This document shows, in pieces, positions 50,123-62,286 of a stretch of 64,000 nucleotides of DNA. A program made the position numbers and the translations under genes. Position 1 is the stretch's first letter. The number at the start of each line of letters is the position of its first letter. This DNA comes from Eukaryota sp. GEM-RC1 (Eukaryota), in assembly GCA_040285855.1 (NCBI GenBank), contig JAUFOQ010000016.1:2170001-2234000 (forward strand), given 5' to 3'. The notes beneath the pieces are model-generated. The model did not search any database. It was not told the origin of the DNA and saw nothing but the letters and a program-made list of their open reading frames with translations.

Positions 50123-50926
50123 CTTGAAACCTTCTCGTAACCGATGGTGGTTTTATTTAATACACACACTATTTCGATTTGTCATCTGGAAGTCACTGGA
50201 TCTCTTACATGCAGTCTAGGAAGAGTATCTTCTATTTATTGGTGTCTAATACTGGAATTCTAGAAAATCTTAGAACGTTGGCATAACAGAAATTTGGTGT
50301 ATCTTTAAACCGAAACTTCGATTCTTCTACTAAGGAGTTGGAAATTTTAAACTTGTTTGAAAATGTGTTTTCAGAATTTGGTGAGAAGTTTAACAGACCG
50401 TACTGTAAGAATAAATTGGCATTTTTCGGTTTTTAAGTCAATGTATATTTGTTGACTCCATTTTGGCCAAGTTGTTTACAGAATTGGGTAGTTCGCTTGA
50501 TAGCATATTTTAATAGTCTTTATTTATTTATTTGATGTTTTCTTTTTGTGTGTTTTTCTCCGCACATAAGTCCGTTTTTTTGAATCTGAATTATCAGAGC
50601 AAATCTTAACGAAATGGGTCTGACCAGAATTCAGTTTTGCTTGATCTGTAGTACATAGATTAATCAGTCTGCATGAAACAGACTCACCACATTTCTCACA
50701 ACAGCAATTGTCTGTGAAACACGGCACAAATACTTCTTTTAGGAATTAGTAAGAGAAAATAGTTGAAAATTTTGTAGGAATTCCTGACTCGCCAACCGAG
50801 TAATTGAAAGGTATGTTTACAAACTTGACATTCACTGAGGTTTGAGGTTTGTGGACACAAAGTGTACACGTGTTTTTTCGAACACCGTGTTTCAATTGAC
50901 ACCCCTCGTAAATTTTGTTCACTCAC

Positions 50927-51298
50927 ATGGGATCTGCCAAAGGTATCGCTATATCTGCACTGACTGGTGCTACAGGTCTTATCGCTATCTTCTATGCTGC
51001 TGTTAGATTTAAGGAATACGAGCTTCTTCTCATTCTGGCTTTCGGAATTCTTTCACCATTTGCTGAACTTGTCTGCAAGGACGACAATAGCTTCGACTCT
51101 TCTTCAGGTCTAGAAATCATGGGTAAGTTCCTTACTGCTGCGTTGTGTACAAGTGGTTTATGTCTTCCTATAATGCTATTCCACATTGACAAAATAGCTG
51201 CCATCCCTTTAACTATTGCTTTAAGCGGCGCTATGCTTTTCTACTCCTCGGTATTCATTTTTGTTGAGAAAGTTGCTCCTGACAACGACTCCTTTTAG
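50927..51298 (+). CDS. VPS55: Vps55/LEPROT family four-TM protein
   Basis: 123 aa, four hydrophobic helices; EIMGKFLTAALCTSGLCLPIMLFH fits the family pattern (FLT....S...LP....H). Confidence 0.8.
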   Translation: MGSAKGIAISALTGATGLIAIFYAAVRFKEYELLLILAFGILSPFAELVCKDDNSFDSSSGLEIMGKFLTAALCTSGLCLPIMLFHIDKIAAIPLTIALSGAMLFYSSVFIFVEKVAPDNDSF

Positions 51299-51474
51299 TT
51301 CCTGTTTTGTTCATTGTAGATAAACTCAATCAAACAGTATCCTTTTTATCTATTTTGCAAAAGAAGACTAATACTGTGAGTATTCAAGGAGAAAAGATAT
51401 CACCTAACAAAATGTACAACAATCAAGAATAAACCCAGATAAAACGATAAACATCAGAGAGAACGGCATTACTA

Positions 51475-52205
51475 CTAGCTTAGAACAACTTTAGACAGAA
51501 GAGAGATAACCCAATAAGTATCTGTTTCTTCGTGGTGATCAATCCATACGACACCATTTTTCAACAAACTATCAATGACCCTATTTAATCGAATTTGATC
51601 CCAGCCAGTTTGTTTCCTGACATCTTGTATGGAAAAGTATCCCTTTTTTCTGCTAGTTTCAGAATCTCCGTCTCATCATTAGAAAACTCTTCGGGTATTG
51701 AACGTATCAAGGTCTTTTTCAGAAGAGTGACCAGGTCGAAACCTGGACCAAGAATTTTGAGAGATTTAACAGCTCGTTTAATATCGTCAATAGACAGGGC
51801 TTCAGAATTGGAACGACGTCTTTTAGCAAGATGTTGAAGAAGATCTTCCAGACAAATAAGTCCACCATTTAAAGAACGTGTTTCAAGACAGATGTGTGCT
51901 ATTTGAACAGCTAAGCTGTAGTAGAAGTCTCCCATGCCAAGTTGGTCCCATAGCCCTTTACTAGAAGAAAGTGGATCAACATTAAGTTCAGAGCACATTT
52001 GCCAAAATCTGTATCTGAACTGAGGGTCAGAGTTGATTCGTTTTCTGTGTTTACGGGCAAAGTCATGTAGTTTTTGTTGGAAGTTGTCGTAGTTTTGCTT
52101 GAACTCCTGCAGCTTCTGTGCTGTAAGTTCATCACCTAACGCTTTTGCTCGTTGTTGAAACTGTTGTTGACGCTTGATGGCAGCAATTCCGGGTCCGCGA
52201 CGCAT
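51475..52205 (-). CDS. SNF8: ESCRT-II subunit Vps22/SNF8 (one frameshift in an A-run at ~51645)
   Basis: MRRGPGIAAI, FARKH...I..DP.FR..F..MC....VDPL.S.KG.W..LG.GDFYY.LAVQI, NGGLI. The shifted frame continues GW...R...L...G.VWID..YW to a TAG at 51475. Confidence 0.93.
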
Positions 52206-52754
52206 TATAAGTTGATACTTAGGGTTGAAGATTTTCCAGGTTTTCATTTGTTCCATTTTGACAATTCAGTACTGTTTTCTTATTACTGTCAGAGATTTAC
52301 TGATCCAGCAGCTGTAAAATTGTGTTGATGATTTGACCTTTTACGTCACTCTGATGGAAAAACATATACCATTCTTTTATTTGTATTTTTGTTAGGGAAC
52401 TTCGATAAATATATTGTCAGGAAACATTCGCTATTTATTTATCCAATATTGCACCATGAATCGATAAATATGTCTTCGATAATTGAATGACATACAATAA
52501 AAATATGAAAGATATCTATAATAATCAAACTACGTTTACTATGCTTAACGCATTTCCAAGCACCATACGTATCTCTGAGCTCAGCGTTTGGAGGGGTTCG
52601 GGCAGAATTAGCTAGCCTAAAGTAGAAGTTGGCAACCTTGGCATTTCCTATAGCCTCAAGGTCTTTTTTGGACAACTCATGGGTCATGATAGAATTGTGC
52701 AGCAGCAAACAATTTATCCACATCATTTATCAGTCATTACTACATTTTTGAACA

Positions 52755-53440
52755 CACCGTTTGTTTTAATTAGTTTCACTATAAAATAGTCTCAGTGAGA
52801 CTAATTCCGATATGAGAGTTTCAATTTTGACCTCCCAAGTATGTACTACTTTGGTTGTTTTTAACGAGAATGATGCAACCAAAATACATTTGATTAAATG
52901 AGAAATGGTACTGGAGTTTGACATGAATATAAGATGACCAATGATCAAGAAATCGTGAAGAAACATAGATGGATCAAAGGCAGAGTTTAATTGTGAACTA
53001 GATCGATACGAATTAACCATAATATATGATCAAAACGTTTGTTCATCTCATTTTTTACGATTTTTCCGAAATCGTTTCAAAAACTCAATGCACTTATTCC
53101 TGTGCGGCCATATTATACTGTTCGGATGCATTGATGATATTGTTCATTTGATCAGTTCGATGTTTGATTATTTGACTCTTCCAATAAGAAGTCAATTCAT
53201 TTACTCGATAAGGATATTGATTAATCGATAATACGTCATCAGTAGATCTGTAAATATCGTCAGGGTACGGTAAGTAGAGAGAAGGTATTTCAAAATATAT
53301 GATGTGATGGTTATATTTAATTAGTGACACTAGTACAAGTGCGAAAGAATTAGCAATCACTCTCACTAGAAATTATTCTCACTAATTCCGATATGTGACC
53401 AGTGAAAGTGACGTGTTTCAGAGAAATGACTCACTGAAAT
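52755..53440 (-). mobile_element. Degenerate inverted copy of the TA-flanked GTCTCACT-family element at 58786
   Basis: 52755-52890 matches the reverse complement of 59290-59423; 53330-53415 matches the reverse complement of 58825-58935. Confidence 0.75.
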
Positions 53441-53795
53441 CAGAAAAATGGTCTGATTGTCTCCAACAAAGTATCTTAATTTATCGCAATATATCGGAAA
53501 ATTGTTGAAGACAGTCGATAAAATTATATCTTTCAGAATTGTCGGGTTGATAAGATATCGATAAGTAGATATATTGTTATCAAACAAGAAAATTTTATCG
53601 ATACACACTCCTGATATCGGTTGAATATGGACTACGGATCGCGGAAAAAGATGATTCGAGATACATTGTTACCGCAAATATTGTTGGTGATTTCTCAAAT
53701 GCTCAGTGTTTTCGGGAGCCAACTTTGCTCCGCCAAGTCTCTCCGGAACACGTAAATCGTTTTATGTTTGTGCTTAATAAAAGGGTTCCATAGTA

Positions 53796-53853
53796 CAGTC
53801 TTCCCTCGGTTTGGTACCAGTCCAAACAGTGGCACTAAATCGAGGAAAGACTG
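53796..53853. mobile_element. 58-bp Tc1/mariner(pogo)-like mini-element
   Basis: TA|CAGTCTTCCCTCGGTTT ... AAATCGAGGAAAGACTG|TA (2 mismatches). Confidence 0.65.
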
Positions 53854-53976
53854 TATAAAAGTGTCAATTTTGCTGAATTTTATTGGCACACTTACCGAGG
53901 CGATGTACACAAATGAACTTCTTTTTCTGAATTCGTGTGTGTTAACAAATTATCTGTTCAAAATTAATATTAAATT

Positions 53977-54867
53977 TAGGGTTGTTAATGAATGAAAATC
54001 CATCCACCATCCATCCACCATCCATCCATAATGGATGAAAAACTTGAGATCCAAGTGGATGATGGATTGCAAACATCATCCATGGATATTCACTCATAAA
54101 ATTGGTAATTTGTTAACTGCACTGAAATTGTATTGTATGTATTTAAGTAGCATTGCACGAAACGTGAGAAAATTCTTGTGGAAACGCGTTTTACGTTTCC
54201 AAAACGTCATATTTATGGTTCTACATCTCCATTTTTCTCCACCAACATTCTCTCTTCGAAAGAATTCCGGTTGACGGGTATAATATATTTTTACCAGTTC
54301 TTTGTTGTATGTGCAGGTGTCATACATGTTGTTATGGATTGTACTGCTCAATGTTATGAAATTTGGAGAGAGAATTGGATCACAAACTACAGTTATGCCA
54401 GCAACTGTTTTCGTTTTAGCGGTTTTCTACTATGCATCCAGTTTTATTGGTAACATTCATATAAATACACGGAACATACTTTTCAAGAAATTACCGGTAA
54501 TCTTCAAGTTTTGGAAACATTTATTGACGTTTCGGATGCATTTGCTTGGAGCCATTAACGTTTCGCCGAAACGTTTCCTGCAACACTATATTTAAGGCTA
54601 TCTTCAGTATCGTACATTAGTGCATCTTACTCTTGGAGTAAGTGCCCAGACCTTCAACCAATGTTTAAGTAGATTTGGTTCTACTGTTTATATCATATCA
54701 TAAATTAAAGAACTGTTTTAATCGTTAAACCATTTTTTCAAGTAATCTACATAGTCATCCATCGATGATGGTGGATGAATGGTGGATAAGAATTCGTAAA
54801 TCCATGTGGATGATGGATGAAAGTTTTGTCATCCACATCCACATCCATCCATCCATTAGCAGCCCTA
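53977..54867. mobile_element. hAT-like MITE (CATC/GATG family)
   Basis: TIR TAGGGTTGTTAATGAATG / CATCCATTAGCAGCCCTA (3 mismatches); CATCCA arrays at both ends; TSD degraded (5/8). Confidence 0.75.
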
Positions 54868-54926
54868 AATGTATTCCTAAAAGTGTACAATGTAAACTAT
54901 TGCGAAACGTCACTACTCATTTGAAT

Positions 54927-55026
54927 CATAGTACACTAAAACACGTGTTCTTCCAGTGACAACACGTTCAGAACACGTGCACACTCAACACCGTGTTCAA
55001 ACACGCCCGGTGTTTTGTGTACTATG
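54927..55026. mobile_element. 100-bp hAT-like MITE (AACAC family)
   Basis: TIR CATAGTACAC(T)AAAACAC / GTGTTTTGTGTACTATG; perfect TSD ATTTGAAT. Confidence 0.85.
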
Positions 55027-55916
55027 ATTTGAATGTTATGTTGTAAGCTAATAAAGTATTATGTTTTCACTCACGTAATCTACGGAGGTTCTTTCTCTAG
55101 AAGGTTATCCTCATCCTTGTAAGATTAACACACACAGTGTTTCCATACTACTTCTGTAGGTGTCTGTTATTTCCGTAGACAACAACCGCGTCCGAATATC
55201 GAAATACAGTCATGTTCCAAAATAATTGGATCTACTGTACACTTCTTGCAAGCACTTTGCAGCTCCCAGGGATGTTGAGTAATATAGTACAAGGACAAAT
55301 ATCTCTAACAACAATCAGAAGTACAATGTCACGTCAACAGTAGAATCTTGTGACCAATGGTGTCTTTGTATATGTATCTATATTATTGAATCTGTACTAT
55401 TTTGTATTTGTATCTGAATTTGATTGCATAGCTGAAAAATAAAAATTAGTGTATTTTTGTATTTTTTGCCTGAAAGTGGTTGGTTATTGTTCTTTGTCAC
55501 TCTGAAGGTGGTAGTCAAGCATACGAATGTGCTTTGTAAACAATGATGGGTACTTTGTCCTGAATTTGGTTTTCAAAGATTTCGTATATTTGTAAGAATG
55601 TCGTCTATTATTAGAGATTTTGCCTTTTGACTTTATTCAATTTTGATTTTGTAAAGATTATTCGGACTTTCGTGGTAGTTCGACTCAAGCATACCACAGT
55701 CTATGCGTTTTTGCGCAGTTTTTTATACTTGAGCTTGATTTGGTGTGATTATGAATTGATGACACCCTGTTCAGCTAAAATACATATTCATCATCTACTT
55801 GTACTCCGACCAGGACGAACAAATTAGACATCTCTCATTTGTAGTCGCATATTGTATCAAATACTGTTCTGTTTGCTCTTATAAATTTACTACACGTTTA
55901 TTTCAAATTCACTTGC

Positions 55917-56795
55917 CTATTCTTGTTGAGGTTCAGTTGTTGCAGCTTCAGCTTCAGGTTCGACGATACGAACACGAGGACCAGATCTAGCGAGAGAGAA
56001 GAAGACCTTTCTTCCACCCATTTCAGAAGGGGAGTTTGTTTTAAGGAACTCATCAGCAGATTCAACAGTCTTCATCTTGATGAAACCTTTTCCGATGGAT
56101 CTTGAGACAATTTGTTGTTCCTTCTTATCAAAGTAACGGACAGTGAGAAGCTTAACTGATTCTTGATCAATGTTATTGTGTTGAAGCCATTCTTCAACCT
56201 GTGCTTGGTCGAATGAGAAGGGTAAATTTTGCATGAAGATTGAGGTTCCATCATTAGCGGTGGGTTTGGTTCTGGAACCATCTCTTTCACGTAATCTCTT
56301 GACTCTGCTTTCATAGATTCTCTGGAAAAATGGGACGCGTCGTTGGGTTCTGCGTTCTGGGCGACTAGGAGAAGTCTCAGGTACGTCAGTTTGTTCGGTG
56401 CTTGCGGTGGACCTGGATGGGCGACGTTTGTTGTTACGTCTTCTGTTGTTTCTGGGTTTTCCGCCAGCGGGACGGCTAACACGAGGCTTAGGAGGCCTAG
56501 CATCATTAACTATGACAGCGTTTTCCCCCACGTCTCGCCATTCCATTGGGACTTAATAGTGTCTCCAGCCTCGGCAGAAGGAACAGAGATTATGGCGAAA
56601 CCTGACTTATCGGGAGCATTACTACGGAGCATCTTGACGTCACATCCAGGGAAAGAAGATAGCTTCTCTAGCAATTCGGTAACAGTGAAACCATGAGGAA
56701 GATTGCCTGTAGTCAGAGTAAGAATATTCACACAAACCAATGTAGATGTTAGGGATTCTGACAACTTCAGTGGGTTCGGTTTGTTCGCCAGGCAT
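55917..56795 (-). CDS. Two-RRM RNA-binding protein with an Arg-rich linker; one 31-nt intron and one G-run frameshift
   Basis: The spliced N-terminus gives RNP2 IYIGNLP and RNP1 SGFAII; the second RRM has IFMQNLP and KGFIKM. Frames join by adding one G at ~56525. Confidence 0.85.
56707..56737 (-). other. 31-nt spliceosomal intron in the RRM gene
   Basis: GTTTGTGTGAATATTCTTACTCTGACTACAG; removal fuses ATT G|GC AAT to create IYIGNL. Branch-like CTGAC directly precedes TACAG. Confidence 0.9.
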
Positions 56796-57525
56796 GTTAA
56801 TTGTGGAAGTGAAAACGATTTTTTTTTTTCGCTTCTTTCAATTATTATATTTGGTGCAGTAGTGCAATTATATCAATCTTCAATGATCTTAAAGACTGCT
56901 TACATGGACAAAGTCTATTGTACTTCACCCCTCAATTGACCATATCAGTCTCAACGAACGAGTTATTTTCATATCTCTTTTCACCAATCATTCTACTGAG
57001 GCTCTTTACTGCGTCAATCCCAAACGCATCTTTTCAGAACCGGGTAAGAACTCCTCTTTTCCTTTCTCCTGATGTTGCAACGACATTATCTCTGTCGCTT
57101 ACGTGTTGGCAGTTGGCACTGACTCGCATTTGCCTCCATCTAGTTTCTTCCTTTGAGGACATTCAGCTAGTGGGTAGTTTGCTAGTTATGAATTCAGTAG
57201 TACGAAACTGACCTATTCTTCTTGGAGAGACCTTTTTTTTGAAGATAACCCTGTGTCTCTTGAAACAGTTACACCCCACACCTCTACTTATTCGGAGCTG
57301 TTTTTGGTTTGATCTTACGGGTCTTGCTTAAATGACATTCAACACCGTGTTTTCTAGTGAGTTCAACACAAGCAGAGAAACCATCAGTTTTTTAATAATG
57401 TTGATCAATGGGACATTGGCCATCTTCGGTTTGTTTATCACATTTTTGTATGTATGCAACTAATGTATCATTGTTATGAAAATAATAATACAGGACTCTG
57501 TTTGTCTATTATCGTTGGTGGAGTA

Positions 57526-57600
57526 CAGTCTACCTTCCCAATATGACCAGGTGTCGGACCAGTCTTATTGAGAGGGTGGACTTGCTCGGAGGGTAGACTG
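57526..57600. mobile_element. 75-bp Tc1/mariner(pogo)-like mini-element
   Basis: TA|CAGTCTACCTTCC ... GGAGGGTAGACTG|TA. Confidence 0.65.
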
Positions 57601-58048
57601 TACTTATCAATGTGTTTTTATCGATTCTAAAAGTTACGTTAACAAACTTCTACATGATTTGTTAGCAGTACTATTAAATAAAGAAACATGTCAATCTAAG
57701 GAATTTTCTTTAGAATCAGTAATCAACACACTTTTTTCAAAAAACGGTTTAACCGAACTTGAAAATATAGGCAAGTTCAAACAGAAAGTTAGGGTTAAGT
57801 CAACAGTATCAACCAGCTCCGATTAGTATTGCCTTTTAAATTGTCCACACTATCGAAACTGATCCCTTATTCTGCATAGATTAGAAAAAATTTCATTCAT
57901 TTAACACATCCCTTTGGAGAAATGGTCAAAAATATTCTACAAACCCCGATACTCTTAGATTTAAAAGATATATAAACATTTGTAACGACAACATTTGGTG
58001 AGAATCAATCTCAATGAAAGTGTCATATGTGTATTGAATTGTTGTTGC

Positions 58049-58759
58049 CAGGGATGTTCAAAAATTATTGCATTCTGCAATAATTGCAATACTCTGCATA
58101 CAGTATTGCAATAATGTATTGCATGGTAAGTTGATTATAGCAATAATGTATTGTATCAGTATGGAGTATTGCAATTATCTATTGCATAATTTTGTCTACC
58201 TTAGAGCAACTGAACTAACATATCAATTCAATAACAAGAATAAACTTTCCTTTATTAAAACTCCAAAAGAACAAAACGACCAATTTTTAAGAAAAATCAA
58301 TAGAAGAGAGTCTTTTACTAACTTGAACCGTCAAGAAGATCAATCTTTTGTCCATTAACCATTTCGTTCACAGTGTTCACATTCCATTTAACTTCTATTG
58401 ATTGACAATAGCTGAGCTTCAAGTCTTTCATGACTAAGAATCATTCAGGATTTTTCTTTTGTTATTCTAACACGACTTTGCCTGTTGTTCGGAGGTAAGA
58501 GGGGGGGGGTAGGGTAACTGTTGAGGACAAAAGTGCCCAGAGAAAGATTAGAACAGTGTTAGGGGCAAGGACATTGGCGCTACAGACGTATTTTGTACTT
58601 TCACAACTATTAATTGCAATATTTTCAGTATTGGAATAATGTATTGTAGAAACAATGTGTATTGCAACATTGTATTACAAAATCATTGTGCATTGCAATA
58701 GTGTATTGTGAATCAATTTTTAGTTGCAATATATTGCAGTATATTTTTGAAAATGCCTG
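58049..58759. mobile_element. hAT-like MITE (ATTGCAAT family)
   Basis: TIR CAGGGATGTTCAAAAAT / ATTTTTGAAAATGCCTG; TSD GTTGTTGC / GTTGTTAC. Confidence 0.85.
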
Positions 58760-58785
58760 GTTGTTACTGATAATTATTTCTTCTA

Positions 58786-59423
58786 CACCGATTGTTTCAA
58801 TTAGTCTCACTGAGACTGATACAGTACGTCATTTTCACTGGTCACATATCGGAATTAGTCTCACTGAGACTAATTTCTAGTGAGAGTAATTGCAAATAGT
58901 CTCACTGAGACTAAGTATTTCGCACTTGTATTAGTCTCACTAAATTTGTATAAACATGGCATCATTTTTCTTTCAAACACCTTCCCCTAATTCAAGTTAC
59001 CTCTCTCTTTAACAAAAAGAGAGAGGTAATAAAGAGAGTGGTAATAAACTCTGCCCTTGATATATCTGTGTGTCTTCACGATTTTTTGAAGATCAACGGT
59101 CAACTTATATTCATGCAAAACTCCAGTTTCATCTCCAGTTAGCTCTTGGAAGATACTTTGAGCCTTAAAGCTACGAATGAAGCTATAAAAAATGATTTAG
59201 AGTGGTGAGAGAGGAATCATATGGTTAAGTAGGTTTTAAGTTGATCTTATCAGTATAAAAGTTCTTCCAACTGTAAAAGCTCGTTCAATCATTTGTATTT
59301 TTGTTGCATCTTTCTCATTAAAAACAAACAAAGTAGTATTTTGGAGGTCAAAATTGAAACTATCATATCGGAATTAGTCTCACTGAGACTATTTTCTAGT
59401 GAGACTAATTGAAATAATCGGTG
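58786..59423. mobile_element. TA-flanked Tc1/mariner-like MITE (GTCTCACTGAGAC family)
   Basis: TA|CACCGATTGTTTCAATTAGTCTCACT ... AGTGAGACTAATTGAAATAATCGGTG|TA (1 mismatch); repeated GTCTCACTGAGAC palindromic motifs. Confidence 0.88.
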
Positions 59424-59565
59424 TATATGTAATGTCGTTAAACACAAACTTTAAATATACAATCTCCATTTATTAAACTTAACTACCAATACTCTATCCC
59501 CCATCACTCTTACAAACTTCACAGCTAACGCGTACGACTTTTTAAATCCAATCCCAGAACAATAC

Positions 59566-61004
59566 TCACATCACTTCACGAAATTCATCCAATATTCCTA
59601 AACATTGTTCATCACAAACCAATTCATCATTTAAATCTAGAATCGACACAACAAATGTATTGGTCAATGACAACACGTTAAAGTGCTTGTCCCTATCATC
59701 CAAATAAAAACTGAAAATTTGTGTCATCATTGAATTTAAATCTTTGAACAACTCAAGATTCAATTTCATATTTGAAAGACTGTTTGATGTTGTATCACTT
59801 TGGTTCCAGTGTAGTGGTACAATATTGTGGAAAATTGTGAAAACCTTTGTTTCTGTCTGCATGGAAATACTATGAGTATTGTTAAAGTTGTTTTCACAGT
59901 CTGTCTCAAAACCAAGTGAATTTGGTATTCTGTTGGAAGATTTAGTGTGCTCATGTTCTGCCATTTTTTTTTGATAATTTCAAACTAGATAAATTCGAAT
60001 TTGGTCTGAGAGTATTTCGAGGCAATAGATTTGGTCTCAATTTAGGTAATGTACTAGTAGTAACTGTTGTTGTTTTAAGTGTTGACACAGGCTTGTTAAA
60101 AATTAAATCAGAATTGATGGCACTTACACTTTGACCATTGAGACACTCATCGTCATCATCATCGACAACAAAATCTTTCATACTAGATGAAGTATGGTCA
60201 TCATCATCAGTTTCATCATCACCACCATCACTCCCTGAGACAACAGCTTCATTATCGAACAATTCTAAAACTGACTCAGAAGTGGTATTCAAATTTTCAA
60301 TATTTGGAACATTTTCTTCTACCAAATCTTCCTCAATGTCTTCATCGACTGGACCAAGAACATCAACAGTTTCCATCCGTTCACTACCACTAGAAATAAT
60401 ATTGGACGAAAATTCATCAAAAGTCTCTAACGCAGAAGGCCAATTTCTAACAATTCTTTTATCTTCTAACGGCAAAGGATAGAGTGGTTTTGTAACTGGT
60501 CGACAGGGGTGAAAAGTTGAATAATACCACTGATAGAGATCCATCCTTGGTTTTGGAAATCTGGCAGAAATATCTAAAATTTCGATTGAGTTCCAATTCT
60601 TCTCCCCTACTCAATGTGACGCACAACTGGGCATATTCCCAAAAATTTAATGAAACTTCAATTCCTTCAATTGTTAGTCCCTGAGATCTATGGACTGTAA
60701 TAGCACAACAAGGACGAAGAGGATATTGCAATCCTGATGCAATGATAACAGGCTTTTTCTTATCATCTAACTCCTCAGTTTCAAATTTTGTTGGTGTAAT
60801 TTTGATTCTTCGTCTCTTTCGAATCTCACATTAATGTAATGTGAAGCTTCACAAAGATCAATAATTTTTCCTTTAGACCCATTTACTAGGCCCAGATCTG
60901 GTTTGTTTTGGGTAAACATTACTAAACCCCCAACGACACAGTGAAATTTTTGTTCGGCAAAATCGTTCAACCTTGACGAGATTCACCATTACATGGTGAC
61001 GATT
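59566..61004 (-). pseudogene. PIF1: PIF1-family helicase C-terminal relic followed by an acidic low-complexity tail; cut off by the TIR element at 61005
   Basis: G..VMFTQN...GLVNGSKG.I and QYPLRPCCAITVHRSQGLTI..YAQLCVTLSR, in different frames with stops. Confidence 0.75.
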
Positions 61005-61174
61005 CAGGGATTGGAAAAATATATTTATATTTATTGTGTACCAACAATATTTATTGACAATATGAGATCTTGAACAATATGGTATTGTTATTGTGAACAA
61101 TAAATATATATTTATGGACAATATATTGCAATATTTGAAAACACATAAAAGAAGTAGTTTATTTGAAACTCAAA

Positions 61175-62050
61175 TTCATTCTACGATATAATGATCCTGC
61201 GAACTGTGTTCTCGTCCCAGAAAGCACGATTGTAGAGCAAGAACAATTGCTTTTCTAAGGTAGACGGATCCAAGGCAAGTCTGTGACATCCTAAAGTAAA
61301 TGAACGATAGATCAATGTAGTCAGAATTTTTAGTGGTAGAATCAATTGTGTCTATTTGAGAACATACCTGGGCATGACAACAAATTGAATTTTGTCATGA
61401 CGTCATGACACTCCATGACATGACAACATGATAAGCAAACACTATTTTCAATATTTATTGATAGTTATTCAACAATAGTATGAATATTCTTTTTCTTCAT
61501 TTCCAAATTTTTTCTGTTCTTCTTCCGCTAAGGTCCTCACTGAACAATCTTTTGCACCAGCACGAGTTTCTGGCTCATTTGTTGTGATATAATTACATCA
61601 TCATCATTTTTTATGTCATTTACAGTAAACCTTTTGCATATAAACTAGGAATATCAGATAATGTCAGAATGGAACTGTACTAAGGAAGAGAGGTTGTTTG
61701 AACAATGTCGGGCGACAAAGGATTCATTTGTTTCAGGTGTATTCGCAGCAATTAATTATCATTAAATGAGGTGCCATAATACTTCACCAAAAAACACAAT
61801 GGCGTCATGACACAATTTTGTCATGACGTCATGATGTCATGCCCAGGTATGTTTGAGAAGATAAGTTGACAGTCGAAGGTGACGAAGTGGCACTCTTTCT
61901 CAATCTCTTTACTGATTCTTTTTCTGAATCAGTGAGAGTAGATTCTTTACCTTCTAGTATCTTTATCACCCCTGGTTCGAAATCAGGAGAATGCCAGACA
62001 TTGAACAAACGCGGCATCAATAGGCAATATAATGTTGTTTGTCTACTGGA
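61175..62050 (-). pseudogene. hAT transposase C-terminal relic (split by the MITE at 61363-61851)
   Basis: HYIA.DAAFV / HSPDFEPGVIKI....LT..E, then YIDLSFI and PSTLEKQLFLLYNRAFW, resembling the hAT C-terminal region. Confidence 0.6.
61363..61851. mobile_element. hAT-like MITE (CATGAC family)
   Basis: Perfect 17-bp TIR CATACCTGGGCATGACA; perfect TSD TTTGAGAA. Confidence 0.95.
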
Positions 62051-62140
62051 GGTTCTGGTTGGGGCGTGTCTTTCAAAACGATGCCTTTTGCTATCTCTTT
62101 TGCCGTGTACATATTTGTAGAAGAAATTATTCTTTCATTG

Positions 62141-62182
62141 TGTTACCACTAAGCTAATAGCGCTATTAGCTTAGTGGTAACA
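62141..62182. repeat. Perfect 42-bp palindrome
   Basis: TGTTACCACTAAGCTAATAGC|GCTATTAGCTTAGTGGTAACA. Confidence 0.95.
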
Positions 62183-62286
62183 ATGTAGCTTATATATTCC
62201 ACTGCATGGTCTTTGTTCATTTACTTCCTCGTAAGAAAGCAATGTATGTTCCAATATACAATGTATTCTCCCACAACGATTCTAAA

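Noticed and set aside
50524..50926. Cys-rich minus-strand ORFs as a zinc-finger gene
   Set aside because: Non-ATG starts, split frames and no clear domain.
52393..53613. Additional hAT MITE with ATCGATA motifs enclosing the 52755 element
   Set aside because: Motif clusters are present, but no matching TIR pair or TSD could be established.
12252..56550. Widespread programmed ribosomal frameshifting (Euplotes-style)
   Set aside because: Breaks go in both directions, fall in A, T, C and G runs with no shared motif, and mostly differ between paralogues. Long-read homopolymer error explains them better.
58800..58940. CRISPR-like array of GTCTCACTGAGAC repeats
   Set aside because: Irregular spacing, eukaryotic context, no cas genes; these are MITE subterminal repeats.
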